DNA from: Schizochytrium sp. TIO01
Lineage: Eukaryota; Protista; Bigyra: Labyrinthulomycetes
NCBI GenBank assembly: GCA_004764695.1
Contig: SMSO01000037.1
Coordinates: 3,882,747 to 3,946,746 of the forward strand
Length of the DNA stretch: 64,000 nucleotides
Reading direction: 5' to 3'
How positions within the stretch are numbered: position 1 is the stretch's first letter; each line of letters opens with the position of its first letter. The translations under genes were made by a program, and so were the position numbers. The notes below the pieces were generated by a model that saw only the letters and a program-made list of their open reading frames with translations, had not been told where the DNA came from and did not search any database. Positions 61,329 through 64,000 of this stretch are shown here, one piece after another.

Positions 61329-64000
61329 GAGATACAGGCGCACGCCCTCTAAACACACTACGGGTAGCCGGTAGCGCTGACAGAGAGTATTGCTAGTGTT
61401 ACGTAAATTGAGGGATGGGTACAACATTACGAATATCCCTTTTTTCTTTTTTTCTTTTTCTTTTTTTTAAATGATGCCTTTTCGTTCGTATTGGAAAGAG
61501 GAATGTTTTTTTTTACTAAATGTTACTTTGTTTTGTTCTGTTTCAAGTTTGTCACTGTTACTACCATACTATCTTTATCATTAGTATCAATATGTTTGAA
61601 AATAATAATAAAATATTTTTAGAAAGAAGAGTAGATAAAAAGAAAAAAGAAGAAGAACTCGGAGAAAGCCGTCCCACGCGAAAGGGAGTATTAGAAGAGA
61701 GATAGATAAGGCTAGGGGTTAATGGGCGTAAGAGTAAAGAAACGATTGTCGTAGCACTAGCTAGAGAAATTTTGGTACCTGTAGTAGTAGTTCCCATGGT
61801 GTGCTTAGGTGTCTTAGTCAGGGATCAAGCGAGTCAGGAGTAATCAAAGGAATGAAGAGAGCAGATGAAAGGAGCAGCATAGTTAAGAGTCCACTGGTAG
61901 TAGTAGAACAAGGAGAAGAAGTTTAAACCCTAGCTTTGCATAATGACGGCACTAAGCTACTCTCTGCCTCCTATTGTCTTTATAATACATTATAGTCTTT
62001 TATAAATATTTCTTTTAAATCACTCTTGTCCTATATATTAACCATATATAACATTGCTATAATTCGTGCGTGTTTGTCTGCTTTAACCTTTCGCACTCCT
62101 TCCTTCTTGCCAATTCTCCTCTGAAAACTCTCTCGCTGTGTCAGTCCTTGTGTATGCTCTTTGCCTGTATTATGTGTATTTAAGTGCTATCTGTCGGCGG
62201 TCTGTTTGCCTGTCCTTTGTCTGTCTATCTGTATCGACCAATTGTCGTCGTCGCTCTCTCCTCTCTCTCTTCTCTCTCTCCCTTTCTCTTCTTCTGATGA
62301 TTGCTTCCTTCTCTCACAATCAGGCAGTCAGTCGCACACTCTTTTTGAGTTGTCTCGGTCACTCACTCTTTCACTCTTTCGCTCAGTCACTACCATTGGT
62401 ATTTATTTATTCATTCTTCCACCATTTCAAACCATTCTTCTTTCCCCACTTCGTCGTCCCTTACCAGTTCATTGTACGAGTATGGAAAGGGGAGAAACAT
62501 TACCATCGGTGTTTCATCATCGTTTGTTGCTTCCACCTTGCTTTAATTAAAATTAATCAATAATTGATTAATTATTAATGAATATTAATAATCGAATTCA
62601 GAAAACCAAGTTTTAAAAATAAATAATAATAATAATTACAGAGGATTTCTTTTCTGAAACCATGAAAGAGAAAAACAATTTGTTTCATTTTTGTGAGTAG
62701 CGCCCTCTCCTCGAACAGGTTAGTGAGAGCGAGAGATAGAAAATGGAAAGAGCTCTGAAGATGGAAACCAAGCAGCATCATATAAAGCGTTAGTGGAAGG
62801 GGGCGAGAGGAGAAAAGATGCCTTGGGTGGTGGCCGTCGTGCTTTCAGTTTCCTTTAGGCTCAACTACGAGTGAACTTACGCTTCGATGTTCGAAAATAA
62901 CTATTTTCAAAGTGTTGTTAAGTTTTAAAATCATGCTTCAGGCGAATATATGTTGGGAATAAAATAAATAATATTTAGCTATGAGATAGAAGAAAGAGAG
63001 AAGGAAGCCGAGTATGGAAGTTTAAAATCAAAAACAAAAAAACTCGAGCTAATAAAGTTTTCCAGGAAGCAAAATAACTTTAAATGGAAACAGGGTCACT
63101 CAGTAGGCAGAGCGTGGCGTAACACCCTTTTTTGGGAGCATTGGCTAAGGACGAAGAAAGAAGGAGCTCACGTGTATCACTGTTATTCGAAAACTCTTTT
63201 TTTCTTTTTGAAAGGAAAAAATAAAAAGAAAGTTTTGACCAGAAAGAGTAAATATTCGTACGAATCAGTTAGTGAGCCGATTGATCTTTTTTAAAATGTT
63301 CACAAAAAAAATTGGCTGATCGATCAAACAATCGTCACCAAACACCCATCGATTCATCGCATCCCGAGCGAGCAAGCCTCTCTCCGCCTGCCACGGCTGA
63401 GCAGCAAGCAGCGAGCCCTAGCTAGCTACCTAGCCGACAGCTGAAGCTTGCGGCCGGAGACAGGAGGCCTGGCAGACCCGCAACATCAGTCGAACAGGGC
63501 AAGCCTGTTTGCTAGAATACCTGCTGCTAGTTCTTTCAAACCGAGTTATCCTAGATAAAAAGAAAGAGAAGAGAGCATCCTTAAACACTGTAGAAAAGCA
63601 ACACAAGGGAGACGAAAGACGGAGGCGACTAAAAAATAAGAAGAGCAAACTTGAAATACCAAGCGGAGGCAAACAAAAGCAAAGGCTGCCGGCACACGAA
63701 GCTCGCAACCTTACCTACAACCACCCTTGGCGTGAAACCACTAGCGAGCTGGAGATAAGCTCTAGCGTGGGACGATTTATAGCAGCAGCAGCAGCAGCAG
63801 CAGACGTGCACGAGATCTGGTTTGGGCTGATCGTCACCCGTTCCTTCATTGATCGGGGCAGCCCCAGGAGAAAGAAGAGGACCGTGTACAGAAAAAATAG
63901 AGTGCACTACCCTTACCCACAAGCTACTTACTTAGGAAGAACAACGAAGAAGAAGGGATCAAGGAGTGATCGAAGCCGCAGCAACCTTGCATCTCTGATC

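Overview
Eukaryotic nuclear DNA, with essentially intronless genes and intergenic DNA very rich in microsatellites. This texture plus the flagellar gene WDR92 suggests a flagellated protist, possibly a thraustochytrid/labyrinthulomycete stramenopile (inference only). The window has two halves. (1) 1-23.5 kb is gene-dense: a carboxylate-clamp TPR co-chaperone missed by the ORF track (runs off the left edge), a PH+ankyrin gene apparently split by a +1 frameshift from an upstream ORF, an FtsH-type membrane AAA ATPase with no protease domain, WDR92/DNAAF10, a Pro/Glu-rich coiled-coil protein, an MPPED-like metallophosphoesterase, a BT1/folate-biopterin MFS transporter and a kinesin-14. (2) 23.5-64 kb is a >=40 kb gene desert with no credible intact CDS. 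It consists of GC-rich islands, many different microsatellites, recurrent polar T-tract->A-tract elements, a 647-bp tandem duplication and a few eroded transposase fossils (Tc1/mariner-like, hAT-like). I found no tRNA, rRNA, CRISPR array or intact mobile element, and I cannot demonstrate a clear new multi-gene system. The best leads are the protease-less FtsH, the organisation of the desert and the TPR/WDR92 neighbourhood.
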